Part shown: piece after piece, positions 15,419 through 30,053 of the stretch
Layout of the letters: each line of letters starts with the position of its first letter
How positions within the stretch are numbered: the stretch's first letter is position 1
Source of the DNA: Octopus sinensis
Lineage: Eukaryota
Direction of reading: 5' to 3'
Length of the DNA: 64,000 nt
Assembly (NCBI RefSeq): GCF_006345805.1
Contig: NC_043006.1
Location: 81,282,001 to 81,346,000 of the forward strand
Made by a program: the position numbers and the translations under genes
Notes under the pieces: model-generated
The model's database searches: none
Seen by the model: the letters and a program-made list of their open reading frames with translations, nothing else
Told to the model about the DNA's origin: nothing

Positions 15419-16136
15419 TACTGTATAGATTTGGAAGCTTCTTCAGCAATATTCAGATTGCTTAGTAATTGAAATACAACGGGTACATATGAGTAGGACC
15501 ACATGCACCAACAACTACACACGCATTTATCTATGTGTATGTTTGTGATCTTAAGAGCGTTTGTTTTACATATTCTTGTATCTTACTGAAAGATGATAAG
15601 GCAGTAACTTTAAGCGTTTTTGCAGAAACTTTGAAACTTGTAGATTCTTAGACGTTATTCATATACCATACAGCTGTCCTGAATACAGGGGACAAATGTT
15701 TATAAGTCAAAATCTATTTTAAGCTATGACCGACAATTAGTCTGGTGTTATCTATGAGCTTAAAATAAAATAAAAATGTGCTTCTTCTTAGAAGTAAGCC
15801 ATCCATTTCATGTTAAAACAGTGTAAACCTGAAGATATGTGCATAGAGGTCACTTTGATTATACAGTGATAAGGTTATTGCAATTTAAAAACGAAAACAA
15901 AAAAATACATTAAGTATCTAAGTAACAATTTTGTTTTCAATGAAGCTTTGTAGAAAATCTCTTACTTAACAACATACATGGTACAAAGCGTACAAGACGT
16001 AACTAAGCGTAAATTTTTTAAAATGATAACTAACGATGAAAGCCACATCTGTTTGTCATTTATGGAGGGACGTATTATTTATAAACGAAGTATCGAGAAC
16101 TCAAATCTCTGATATTATGACAACACCGCCACCACC

Positions 16137-16182
<46 letters not shown>

Positions 16183-16232
16183 GTAGCAACAGCAACAACA
16201 ATAATAGTAATAATATTAATAATTCTTATTAT

Positions 16233-16560
16233 CATTGATTTTCTTCTCAGAATGTTCAGCCTTGTTTGTTCTGGTAGATTCTGTGAGATCGGACAGCAGC
16301 CTGCTGTCAGAGGTCTCACATGGTCTCTTTCCACACATTATAAGCTTTGTGCCTGGTTAGTAATTATCATGGAAGACATTCAAAATCCCAGCACCAATGT
16401 CAAAATCCTACTGTCCTTAGCAGAGCAGCTTTTTGGGCATGCTCTGCTCTCATATCAATTCCGATTTCTTTGACATATTTCTCAAACTTGGTTGTTAGTA
16501 GTCCGAGAGCCCTTACAACAGACATGCTCTTTATAGTCCACATTTGCAATTTCGTTTGTA
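16233..16560 (-). mobile_element. 3' terminal fragment of an RLE LINE
   Basis: VVRALGLLTTKFEKYVKEIGID..AQKAALLRT, the RLE C-terminus, lying between AAT- and TTC-type repeats. Confidence 0.65.
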
Positions 16561-16767
16561 AGTTCTCTTCTTCTCTTCTTCTCTCTTCTTCCTTCTTCTT
16601 CTTCTCTTTTCTTAGTTTCTTCTTCTTTTTTCTTCTTTTCTTCTTCTTCTTCTTCTTCTTCTTCTTCTTCTTCATCTAATCATCCTTCTTATTATTATTA
16701 TATTATTATTTCATATTAATTATTATTATTATTATTATATTATTATTATTATTATTATTATTATATT

Positions 16768-18240
16768 GTTTGACTTTTACTTTATATTTGTACAAGTTGG
16801 CTCCAAGTCTCACCCGGAGACCTCAAGAGACAACAGGTTGGCAGTTCACGTTGTTGTTATGCCTAGTGTGCCATATATTTGGTTGTTGTTTGTGTTGTAC
16901 TAGTGGATGTCTAAAAAATAATAAATTTAAAAAAAAAACGTTTGTTTTAATCCTTGAGATTACATACAAAGTATTTTGCGTAGGATATGAGCAGTTCCCA
17001 TGGGCACTATCTTTTAAATTTCTGCCATTTTGGGGTTTCCTGGTATCAAAGTTAGGTAGCAATCAGCCCCTTTTGCTATCATTCCCAGGGCACCTATGAC
17101 AACAGGTATTGTTTTAGTCTTCAGGTTCCACATTTTGCTGATTTCTATTTCAAGATCTTTATATTTGCTCAGTTTTTGGTAGGTCTTGACAGATACGTTT
17201 ATATCGATTGGGACAGTCATATCAATGAGGAGGCATGTTCTTTGTTTGAAGTCTTTCAATATGATGTCTGGCTTATTGCATCTATCTTTTGTCAGTTTGA
17301 ATGGTGAAGTTGCAGAGGAGTGAGATGTGGTCATTTTCAAGCACTGGAGGTGGTTGTGTTCCCACCAGTTCTTTTCATGGGGCAAATCCAGGTTTTGCAA
17401 ATTACCCAGGAATATATTGTGCAGCTCTATCATGCCTGTTGAGATACTCTGTAGGCGCTAGAAGACTGCACTTGGAGACCACATGATCAATGGTTTCATT
17501 TTGTTGCTGGCATACACGACACGTTGAACTGCTGCTGATCTTTAATATGTTGGCCTGGTAGTTTCTTGTTGGTAGGCATTGATCATGAGCTGCTATGATA
17601 AACCCCTCTGTTTCAGATTTTAAGCCAGTGGCCATTAGCCATTGATGGGTCAGGGCTTTGTCAACATCTGCATTATCCGCTCTCTTTGGGTATTTGCCAT
17701 AGAGAGGTTTTTCTTGCCATTTATCATTCAGAATATATAAGGCCGCAGATTTAGCACGGGTTTTCATGCGCTTAGCTTTTTCTGTGCCTGTTTCTTGTAT
17801 GTTTATCTCTAATTCCGAAATTTGTTGTATTCGGAATTCACTTAGATATTCCTTTGCCTGTTTTGTTTCTGAGTATGATGCTTTCTTGTTTTCATGTTTT
17901 GAGACAAGTTTTAACATCCAGTCCTCAGAGTTTTTCAGGTTGGTGTCTAGGCCAATTGTAGCAATCTTCATTGTTATTGCCAGTTGTAAAAGTCCACGGC
18001 CTCCCTATTTTCTTGGCAGATAAGGTCGTTCTGTATCTGCCTTAGGGTGATGCATTCTATGCATTGTCAACAGTTTTCGTATTTTTCTGTCGAGATTACA
18101 TATTTCATTAATTAACTAGTTAACGATATTGAAACTGGAAGTCACGACTGGAATGGCTTATGCATTGATCGCTTCGATCCTGTTTCTCGCATTCAGCTCT
18201 GTCTTGAGTATTGCTCTTACTCTGCGATAACATTCTCTCC
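16768..18240 (-). mobile_element. 5'-truncated R4/Dong-clade RLE LINE
   Basis: ETEGFIIAAHDQ, CCHC knuckle CRVCQQQNETIDHVVSKC, and RLE motifs KPDIILKD, LIDMTVP, KLSKYKDL, IPVVIGALG. Both ends are in (TAA)n. Confidence 0.9.
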
Positions 18241-18306
<66 letters not shown>

Positions 18307-18374
18307 TACTATTACTATTACTATTATTATTATTATTATTATTATTATTATCATCATCATCATCATCATCATCA

Positions 18375-18429
<55 letters not shown>

Positions 18430-18431
<2 letters not shown>

Positions 18432-20500
18432 CTTCGTAACACAGTGTAAGCAAAAATGAACCGAGGTCGTTAGTCATCTGTCAAGTCATAACAAGGACCT
18501 CAGACAGATAATACTTTCCTTAAGATGTGCGTTGTGCCTAATAATGCTGCTCTTTGCAAGACATCAATCTAGCATTGGGTTTCCAGTTGCTTTAAGAAGT
18601 CTTGAAGTTTCAATGGGATTGAGCCCAAAGCTTCGATCACCACTGGTATCACTTTTACAATACCCTCTCGCATTCCATCCAGTCTGTCCACTTTCGCTTT
18701 GAATTTGGAGTATTTGGTGATTTTTTTAACCTCCTTACTCACAACATTCCTGTTATTTGGTATGGCTACATCAGTGATGACAATATCCACTCGACAGTGT
18801 TCGACTACACGATCCGTCTGAAAATCATAACCCCAGAGTATCGTTACTTTTCCATCCTCCTACATAACTTTACGTGATACATGCTCATACCAGTTCTTTG
18901 TTACTTCATATTGGTATTTACACTATAAGAGCCAAGGAAGATACACATACATTTTATCGAGGCGGCGCTTGCATTCATTTTGTGCAAGGCTCTCACATCC
19001 ACTTACCATGTGGGTCACATTTTCCACACTCTTTCCACAGAGTCTGCATTTCTGGGTGTCAGAAGTGTTATAGTTGTTATATTTCACAGAATTGGTAGCT
19101 AGAGTCTGGTCTTGTGGAGAAATGATCAGGCTTTCGGTGGCACGCTTCAAATGACCTCGCTCAAGTCATGCCCATGATGCTGTATTATCCTTAACGTCTT
19201 ATGTATTCCTTTCAAACTGTCCATGCATTCTCATTTCAAGAAGGTCTTCTTTTCTCTTCTGTCTCTTTGGTTAAACTCTTCCTTGCCAAACATTTCACCT
19301 GCATTTACACCCATGTCTTTCGCGGCATATTGCAGCGGTTCTTCATCACTATTTATCAAATACTCGGCAAGCGTTCTCCTTTCACTCCTTATACAATGGT
19401 CTATACTAATTAGTCCTCTGTCACCGTTCTTTCTTTCCATATACAGTTTGTTTACTTTTGCTTTGAGGGTGTAGCGCCCCATGCAGCGTCATCAACTTTC
19501 TCGTCCTTCTATCCAGTGTTGATATTTCCTCCTTAGCCCATTTGAGAATGGACGTACTATATCTGACCACTGCAACTGCCCAGATATTCATTGCAGTAAT
19601 CAAATATTTGGCATTCTGGTTGGATTTCAACACCATTTTCACCATTTTAATACGCCTCGCTGACCTTGACTTACATTTCTCTGTGTAGAATGTCATCCAG
19701 CACTAAAATCCTGAAATATTTATACCCATCAACGTCGGGTTCACCCATGGTTTCTCCTGATGGTAATGCAGTCTTCTGCAGGCTGCTTTCTTACGTCTTT
19801 TCATATTAACTAATGGGTATTTGGTAATCCCAAATTCCATACCGATGTCCCTACCACACTTCTGGGCTGTTTTGTTTAAGGAATCTATCTGTGTTTCAGA
19901 TTTCCCAAACGATTTCATGGCATCCATAAACATAAGATGGTTCAATGATGGGCCTTTCTTCGCACATTAGTAACCCATCATAATTTCCCTGTGTCATTGT
20001 TATGGGTATTAGTGTAATTACAAAAAGTAACAGTGAAAGCAAGTCACCTTGGTAGATTCCCCTTTTAATATTAACTTCTCCAAAGAATACGTTACTTGAG
20101 TACAATTTGGTTTACCACTCTTTCATGCTATGCATCAGAAAATTTGTGATGTTGTCAGCAACACCAAACATCTGCAGGCAATCAACGATCCAAGAATGAA
20201 GCATCATATGATATGCCTTTTTAATGTTAATCCAAGGCATAGACATGTTTGTATGATGTTTTTTACAATGCCTCAAAACTGTTTTATCGATGAGCAGGTG
20301 ATCCTTGGTACCTAGAGAACTCTTCCTGCATCCTTTTTGTTCCCTTGGTAGTATTTATTCCTCTGCCAGGTAGTGTATGTCTTTGGCGCACATATTCCAG
20401 TGAGTATCTTCCAGATTATGTTTAGGCATGCTATGGGACGGTAGTTTCCCACAATAGTCTTCTTCCTTCTATCTTTCACTATAAGTGTTGTCCTCCCAGT
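18430..20500 (-). mobile_element. Second, more decayed R4/Dong-clade RLE LINE (RT plus RLE)
   Basis: NYRPIACLN, RGIYQGDLLS, HLMFMD, ERKNGDRGL, CRLCGKSVENVTHMVSGC, DVAIP, IPVVIEALG across broken ORFs. The 3' end abuts (TAA)n. Confidence 0.88.
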
Positions 20501-20539
20501 GAACAAAGACACACATGAATGAGTCATGATTGATACTGC

Positions 20540-20909
20540 TGTTCCTACTAACCAGATTGCTGAAATCATCGACAGAATGAAAGTAAACAAAAACCAGGAT
20601 TAGGTACAGGAAATATATCAAGCAACAGTCAAACATATAGGTTTTGTTATTGGTACACTGGGAACAACTTCAAAGGATCTGGTTGCAATGACTTAGATCG
20701 TGGGCATACTAGATATATTAGGTAGTGCGCAAAAGGCTACGCTGCTTTGAGCATCTCATTTGCTGGGGAATGTGTTGTGATTCTGAGCTGTAGGCAGAAT
20801 AATGTTCCACACGCCTATCTGTGAAGATGATCATGTCCCACATGAACATCACTCGCTCATTTGCAAACAAGGCCTGTGGAGTGAGGCCATACCGCTTTTC
20901 TATGCACGG

Positions 20910-20910
<1 letters not shown>
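20540..20910 (+). mobile_element. 3' terminal fragment of an RLE LINE, opposite orientation
   Basis: Reads ...IGFVIGTLGTTSKDL...ILGSAQKATLL*ASHLLGNVL*, then a UTR ending in (GAT)n. Confidence 0.55.
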
Positions 20911-20941
<31 letters not shown>

Positions 20942-21826
20942 GATGATATACAATTCCTAGATAGTCTTATATTGGATTCATCCGTCCTTCACACAAGACA
21001 TTTTCGTTCAACTAGATTTCTAGCAACACACATCATGAAACAATCTGGTGAAGAAGCCAGTTGAGTCACCGATGGTTTGACTGTACACATTACTTGTTAT
21101 AAGCAGCACACACGAACGACCTCATATACATGTCAAAACAAATGTAGATAGTAATAATGACGTAAAAGTCAAAGGGTCAAACATCCTCTGCAAGGGTACT
21201 TATTTGTTTTTGCTTTCTTTTATTTGAAATATAACCAAAAGGATATAATTTCAGTAGATCTAAACTTCTAGCCTTGTCTTAACCACTTTGATATAAAGTG
21301 AATAGTCAGCAATTTACTTTGTCTGATTTCATATTATACGTTTTTTTTTTCTATTTGAAAAAAACGTAGAATCATTTTATATTTGCTACTTTTATAGGTT
21401 GAAACTTCCTGAATAAATGACTTCATTAACTTTTATTTGACAACAAAATACACAATAAAATCAATCGCCAGTATAAAAAAATGTCATGTTTTATAAAATG
21501 TAACAAACAAAATATTAAGCTTTCGATATTTAAGAAGTTTCATTTCTATTTTAACAACAAAAGAAATTTTTTAAATCTATGACAATTTTCTTGAAAGCAT
21601 CTGAGTGACATTAAAATACATCGAATAATGAAACTAAATTACGGTACTATTGTCATCATTTAAATTATATATTCGATATATTTCGATTCCTATTTCTTTT
21701 CAAGAAACGAAGAAACTTCGTATGTTGCAAAATAAATAAATATACATATATAGATAAATAAATAAATAAATAATAATGAAACATATTGTTCATTACTCAT
21801 CAAATATAGGTTACATACATACATCT

Positions 21827-21863
<37 letters not shown>

Positions 21864-23179
21864 GTGTGTGTGTGTGCGTGTGTTTCCTTTCTGAAGGAAT
21901 TTAGGTTCTGGTTTTACACACACACAGAAATGCATATATATATACATACATACATACATACATGCATATATATATATAAACATACATACATATATATATA
22001 CATACATACATACATACATACATACATACATACATACATACATACATACATACATAAATACATATATATATATATATTTACAAAATTATATATATATATG
22101 TATACAGACATACATAAATACGTCCGGCACTTTGTCTACCTATATAGATATCCGAATATTGATTTATCTAATTATTGATCTATTTGAGTCTGTCTTGGCA
22201 ATACCTGTAGGAATATGGCGCATTGCTGTCAGTTGTGACGTCATATCACCCAGGGGGACTGAAATGTTCAATACAGGATCGTGAAGTGTCTGAAAATATT
22301 TACGCTATTTCTAACGCCAAAATTGTATATAATGATATACCTACTTAAGCTATCATTGTGTACATTATATGTCTGCTACCTATTGTTCAACCAAGTTGGT
22401 TGAATAAACCGACCACCGTAAGTTGAAGTTCCAATCGTTTTGATCTTCACACAAACTTTAACTCTACTCTCAGTATAGAGTCATAAGTGCTCCATAATAG
22501 TAACATCAATTTAACAAACTCGCGCGAAATTTAAGGTGCTGTTTTTCGGTAATCAAATACACAAACGCACTTATATACATGTTTGTGTGTATGTGTGTGT
22601 ATGTGTGTGCATGTGTGTGTACGTTTGTCCGAGTGTGCATGAGTAATTGTACTGAAAGTTTTATTTCCTTATTTCAGCTAAATATTAAATTTAAATAAAT
22701 ATATGTATGTATACAGTTAATGTGTACATATGAGCTAGGGGCTTTCTCTTTCCGCTTTCTAGATAGCTAAACTATTAAAGCGCTTTCAAGAAAACATAGA
22801 AATGAAAAAAAGAAAAACCATACATTCCATGTATGTCTTCCAGTCTGTAATTATTTTTCCATCTATAAACAATGTCTCGCTTCGTCAAATTTTTAATTTA
22901 GTTATATTCTTTTTAACCTCGGGTTATGTCATGCTGAAGATAGCTAATGAGAATGAAATGATGCAATACATGTCTGCCTAAGGGTAGAGATTTTAAAATC
23001 TTCGGAATAAGCAAGCTAAGACTGACTAAATATATATATTTTGCGCACTTTCTTCCTATGTTCCTCGATTTCGAATTCGAATTTTGACACTCGCTAAATA
23101 TTATATAGAAATTATTATCTCCTTTACGCAAGTTGGTCACCAGAAAACACCACGTTTGAGGCATATGTGTGTATGTGTA

Positions 23180-23233
<54 letters not shown>

Positions 23234-24622
23234 TGTGAGCACGCTTCTGTATATGTGTGTATTTGTGATTAGTTGTTTCGCATGGTGGAAACATGAATTA
23301 TCTGTACCTAATTTTACTCTCAGTTTCTTGTTTCTTTAATCTTATAAAAGAGATTTACCAACACAAATTTCACAATAAGTCAATGAACTTTATATGATAT
23401 TCTCTTCGCTCAGAAATGTGAGAAAACATTCCCAAGATGGAAATATTGAATTTTCCCGACAAAACAACACACTGATAACTTGTAAAGAAATTGTGATATA
23501 TTATATAGGTAGAACGGTGATAAATTTGCTAAAGCAACTATGTGTGTAAGTGAAACGAATTCGCTTCTGAAAGGATTTGAAAATTGTAGTTAAATATCTT
23601 CTGATCAGTGTTTCAATGGCATTTTATTGCCAATCCTTTACAGCTATCAATTTATTATGAATGATTTGAAGTTATTCAAAAGAGTAATATTCTTTTTATT
23701 GATTCTTCTAAGATCACAGTCGAACATATATTAAATAACATAATCGCACAATATGTCACAACCGGACAGCAAATTCATTTCTATTTTGTTTTTTGTTCTC
23801 TTGTTGTATAGTGCCTGCTATATATTGGCAATATTGGGTTCTTCTTTAAATTGGCGAGCTGGTAGAATCGTTAGAATGTGGGGGAGGGGTGAAACGATTA
23901 GCGGTCTTGCGTTCGACTTTAAGTTCTGAGTTCAAATTCCGCTGTGATCAACGTTGCCTTTCATCCTTTCGTGGCCGATAAAATAATTACCAGCTGAGTA
24001 CTTGGGTCGATGTAATTAACTTAACCCGCTCCCTAAAAATTGCTGGCCTAGTGCCAAAATATGAAACTAGTAGTTTCTTCTGAGGATTCTCAAGCATGAT
24101 TACTTTAGAATCGGCGGCATAGGTATGTATTTAAGAAGTTCACTTCGCAGCCTCCTATTTTCCGTTTCAGTCCCCCTGTATGGTCATTGGAAAAAGTTCT
24201 CTTACAGCTCAAGGACTACCAGAGTGAAAAAATTTGATAGGCGAAAACTATGTGGAAACTATCCTACACATACATATATACATACATATATATATATATA
24301 TATATTCATAGATTCATAAATACGTACACACATACATATATATACCCTCTTTATAATGTTGGCAAATAAAAAGGGATAAGAATGTGCATTGTCCGTTTAA
24401 TTGTAAAATTCTATATGTGGCTGAAGATTTCTCGACATTTTAAAACTGATGTAATACTTACAGCGTTTAATAAAATGAAACAATTATACTGAAACAATTA
24501 TACTACTCTACACTGGATACCCTTGTTGCTTATTTTGATTATAATCACCCCATTTGATTTATATGGATAATACCATACAAAATTCTGGTACCTTTAACTT
24601 AAGTACCATATTCATCTGAATC

Positions 24623-24661
<39 letters not shown>

Positions 24662-25231
24662 ATATCTGCATCTATACATGTGTATGTGTGTACACTTGCA
24701 TTTATCTACCTAACGCTTGGCAACCAGTGACGGAATTTTTACGCCTCATTAACCTAGCAATTCTGCAATGGAACAGAACATATTCATATATAACCTCCTC
24801 TATTTTAATTTCTTTCATTCTTCATATCCTCTGGTTTCTTCTGAACCACACTGCCATAGTACCTATGGTTTCTGCCTCATATTCTTTTGCTCCTTAATGC
24901 CCCTTAAAATATTGCTGGTTAGAAAATATCTTGGATTTTCTCGTATGTTCAAGCGAATGGGATAAAACAATTTCGCTTTTGCAAATAACCATTTTCCTAT
25001 TAGCTTTGGGCCATAATTTTAAACCAATTCACTAAAAGCCGGGACAATATTTATACGTGGGGACAAAAGCAGCAATTGTACGGGTTCAATTATTCAGAAG
25101 AAGCTTCCGGCTTTTTGTGAATGAGACAATGTTGGTGACTATGAGATCTGTGATGACTATGATCTGATTTATATTTGGTCATTGTTTTAGTATTTGTCAT
25201 GCTTGACTAGATAAGAAATGTTTTGTTTTAA

Positions 25232-25276
<45 letters not shown>

Positions 25277-27571
25277 TGTGTACGCGCGCGCTTGTGTGTG
25301 TGTGTGTGTGCTAAAACCTCCGTTGGAGTCTTGCGCCTGAAATTTCAACTTTAGCTGTATCCTTTATGTATAGCATTAACGTTCTTGGATTTATGTGTGC
25401 TTCGATGTAACATTTACGTGTTTGAATATACATGTTTAACAGGTTAGTTTTAATTTGCATTTCACATGTAGTTAACATGCATTTAGCATTTTCAAATATA
25501 TATCTTACCAGTCCTATGTACATAAAAAAGAGCAAGAAGAAAAACAGACTTTGAAATGTAAATTTGAAGTTTTGTTGTGTATCTTAATTTCTGTGTATGA
25601 AATACTCGTGAAAAACTGGAGTGATGTGCGACCTTACAAATTCTAACTTGAACAACGGCAGATAGATAAACACCAAAGGTGATACCCGCAAGTTGTCACC
25701 TCGGAACGTAGACGGCAGTCGAAGTACTGTAAAGTATAGATTGTGTGGTTCCTTAGTATTTAATTAAAAATACTCCACCGCACCTACATTGCAAATATTA
25801 CATAATATATCTCAGGCTTTTCCTGGGTTTAAATGTCTCTGCTCCGGTCTCTGGGGTAAATTAAATAGGTATTAACATTTATCAGATTACTTTAGAGTGT
25901 CATTGTAATGCAACGCTGCCAAATTTCTTATCTAAATACAATATGTGTGTGTACCGATCGACCACTGTTTTATATTTTTGTTTCTTCTTCTTAATCTTCT
26001 TTATAACCTTTTCATAAATTTTTATTCTTACGTTGGAAATGGCAAGTACTGAGTCAAGTTTATTTGGGTTATATTGATAGTACTATCCTTTTAAACAATC
26101 AATAACTCCAAATTCATTTTAAGTAAAATACATTTAAAACACGAGATAATCCTTTTTTTATTCGTGACTGTAATTTCATTTCTCTGATTCTACGAAATTT
26201 TTATTTTTTGAAATCATTTCAATGAATCACAAAATCCGAATGTTTTCTCTATTTTGTTTGTCCTTTATACTTCTAATCTTTCTTTAGTAATTTTCTCGTT
26301 TGTGAAAAAGGAAATTTTTCTCTTTTTCTTTTTTTTTTTTCTCTGTTTTTCCTATTGTAATGTTTCGAATTATTTTCTTCTCTCGGAGGTTTGGAGTCAT
26401 ATTTAAGCAAAAGATATTCGAATATTAAAATTTATGCCACGGATCTGGTGGTTCCAGCTGCAAGATCATCAGCATTCTGAAAATAGGCATGTTAACTGTA
26501 ATTACAAAATTCCTTGAATGCGGTTGAAAATTAATCATGCAATCTTTGTCAATATTAATAAAAAGGAATCACATGTATCCTTTAATAGTTTTAAATCTGC
26601 TTTTATTTGCAAGTTGTAGTTAAATGGAAGACTGCAGCAGCACTGCACGTACATTTCAGAGGCAATTGATTCTCATAAAATGAATTGGGTTTAGAAACAT
26701 CTCATTTCTGTCTATGTCTCAATTACTGATGTCTGCTTTGTGTCACAAGACCAATAAATTTTTCTAATCTATTGTTGTACGTAAATCTATTTGGCTAATA
26801 CTGTGACATTTATTCAATTACGTAGTAAAGTGGCGGTCAACCAGCCACCTTAACCAATAGCCTTTCTGAATATCGAATATAGATGTAATCACCATTATCA
26901 GCTTTGACCAAGTTATATGCAAGTCGCTTACGATTACCTAAGACTTATTTTATCTCAAACCATAAAAATAAATTACTATTGCTTTAAATAGAAAACATAA
27001 AACGTTCGATATTTATATTGGTATTTGCGTAAATTTGATGTGTGTCTGATTCTCAGAATGTCTAATTAATGATATCGTTGTTATATGTAAAAGTGTCTTA
27101 AGTCCAAATCGTTGCTTTTTCAGAAAACGAAAAATTAGTATCACTATTCTATTTCTTTTTACATTAGCAACAGTTTCACCCTAACAATAAGACTTTGTTG
27201 GGTACTCGTAGCTTCCCAATGTATGATATTTTAAGTCAGAAGTATTTTTGCAAAGCTGTCGTATGTGGGACTTTCTATACTTTTGAAGAAATGCTAAACC
27301 GTTGTCCTACACTTTGACAATATTCATATTTTAGCATCTGAAGCATCTGAAGCATCTGGAGATATAATAGCTTGACCAAAAGAACCGGACATTGTAAGCG
27401 AAATTAAATATTGCAAAAATATATATATTTGGCCAAATTTGAACATAAGACAGTTTAACATGATGACAACGATATATATACTCCTACTTTATTCTTCCTT
27501 GACCTTAAACGATACTAAGCCCTACCACACACATAGATTAACAGGCACAACCACACAGACACACACGCACG

Positions 27572-27602
<31 letters not shown>

Positions 27603-27744
27603 ACGTGCTATCATTACACACATACACACAGATCTGCGCGCACGCACATATCCACACTTACACACACATACCTCCTTCTCTTGCACTCGCTTGTCTTTGA
27701 AAGAACTTTTTCTTCACCCATTCCTTTCCGGTCATTCAAAATGT

Positions 27745-27951
27745 AACCGCGTGTGTATCGTTGGAGACCTTCTTTCTCTCTCTTCCCTTCCTTGGATCTT
27801 TCCTTTTCCTATGTTTCTGACGAAGAGCTCCGCTCGGAACGTTAAATCCTCCTTCTTTCTTTCCTTTCCTGAGCGTCCAATAACACTATAGTTGTTCCTC
27901 GTCCTCACGTTGTTGTGTTTTCTCTTTGTGTTTTCATGTTTGGATTAACTA
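27745..27951 (+). mobile_element. Same HHR-bearing pLTR-like family (HHR at 27813-27847)
   Basis: GTTT-CTGACGA-A-GAGC-tcc-GCTC-GGAA-CG-TT-AAAT, then 'cctgagcgtccaataacact...ttggattaact' and (TA)n. Confidence 0.65.
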
Positions 27952-28417
27952 TATATATATATATATATATAATACACACACACACGTATGTATGTGTGTA
28001 TGTATATATGAATATACATACGCGTGTGTGTATGTGAGCGTGCGCATGCATATGTATTTTACTGGGAAAATTTATTCTATGGCATTCAATAAATATTTAG
28101 GGAATACCGATTTAAATGACCTTATGAAGTATAACTTAATCAAAATACCAATTCATTTAATTACGGTGAATATGTATTGTTCAGTGTTGTATAGAAAAAG
28201 CTCTCACAGCAAAATCAAACAGTAATAGCCATTAAGACGGAGTGTCGCCTTTGCAGTAATTAAAATCTAGTGCGGAATCATCTATGTAGACATTAGAAAG
28301 TTCATTATACTTCTCCGCTTATTCTTTTACTCAAGGCTTTCTTGATTATACGCATTACTCTTCAAAATGACCACTCTTTTTTATGCACGAACACACCAAT
28401 CTATCTATAACGAAACA

Positions 28418-28458
<41 letters not shown>

Positions 28459-28495
28459 CACCTCTATCTATCTATCTATCTACCCACCTACCTAC

Positions 28496-28554
<59 letters not shown>

Positions 28555-28567
28555 CCTACCTACCTAC

Positions 28568-28608
<41 letters not shown>

Positions 28609-29010
28609 CATATATCTATCTATCTATCTCTCTATCTATCTATCTACTTACCTACCTACCTACCTATTTATCTATCTACCTACCTATCTATCTATCTATC
28701 TATCTACCTATCTACCTATCTATCAATATATTTATTTATTTATTTATTCATCTATGTAATCGTCTCTCTATAATACAAGCATACATATATATACACACAT
28801 ACATGCATACACACACACATACACAGACATATATAAAATACATGCATTTTTACCTCCATGTATACTTGACCGTGTTTGGGTATATTTTACAGACAATCAC
28901 ACGTAAACACTCACGGGGATAAACACATCTTATCATAATCTACTTTATAAATTAGCGTTGTTGCTTTAAACTCATTTAGTATTCGATATGGCTTTGATTT
29001 CCTTTATTAT

Positions 29011-29394
29011 GGAAGCACTCCGTCGGTTACGACGACGAGGGTTCCGGTTGATCCGAATCAACGGAACAGCCTGCTCGTGAAATTAACGTGTAAGTGGCTG
29101 AGCACTCCACAGACACGTGTACCCTTAACGTAGTTCTCGGGGATATTCAGCGTGACACAGAGAGTGACAAGGCTGGCCCTTTGAAATACAGGTACAACAG
29201 GAACAGGAAGTAAGAGTGAGAGAAAGTTGTGGTGAAAGAGTACAGCAGGGATCACCACCATCCCCTGCCGGAGCCTCGTGGAGCTTTAGGTGTTTTCGCT
29301 CAATAAACACTCACAAAGCCCGGTCTGGGAATCGAAACCGCGATCCTATGACCGTGAGTCCGCTGCCCTAACTACTAGGCCATTGCGCCTCCAC
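29011..29394 (-). mobile_element. tRNA-derived SINE (OR-like head, tail A), full length with TSD
   Basis: A box TGGCCTAGTAG and B box-like GTTTCGATTCC. 11-bp TSD TCCTTTATTAT at 29000-29010 and 29395-29405. Confidence 0.9.
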
Positions 29395-29708
29395 TCCTTT
29401 ATTATATAGGTAACATGTTACAAAATTATGAATCTATGTGTATGTCTTCCTATGTTGTTGCAAAATATATTTTTCTGAGTTAAACTTATTTTATAATGCT
29501 ACAAGTTGGGAACAATTGCATCGATTCTTATATGTACTCATCGGATCATTCATCTATTCCGTACATTACACTTGCCGAATTTGGGACTTATCGTTCTTTG
29601 TCTTTCCTTTCTATTTTGTCTTTGACTTTTATGCCTTTCACTGATTAACACATACACACTTAATGCCACTTTAAAAAAAACATACACCTGTTTATCAAAT
29701 TGCGTGTA

Positions 29709-30003
29709 TATCACTGTGATCACCGTGACCGACCAGGCTATTAGACGTTGCTACACATCGCTGGTCACAATGCGCTTCGCATTGTTTTAGCCTTCAGATG
29801 ACGCCACCCCGCTGGCTAAGCGAGCAGGCCAACAGAAGAAAGAGTGAGAGACAGTTGTGGCGAAAGAGTACAGCAGGGATCGCCACCACCTCCTGCCGGA
29901 GCCTCGTGGAGCTTTAGGTGTTTTCGCTCAATAAACACTCACAAGGCCCGGTCTGGGGATCGAAACCACGAACCTACGTTCGCGAGTCTGCTGCCCTAGC
30001 CAT
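29709..30003 (-). mobile_element. tRNA-derived SINE (same head, tail B)
   Basis: Aligns with 57870-58172. Tail-only copies at 4563-4680, 9679-9830 and 50145-50255; head only at 43997-44068. Confidence 0.88.
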
Positions 30004-30021
30004 GCGTGTATATACATAAAT

Positions 30022-30053
<32 letters not shown>

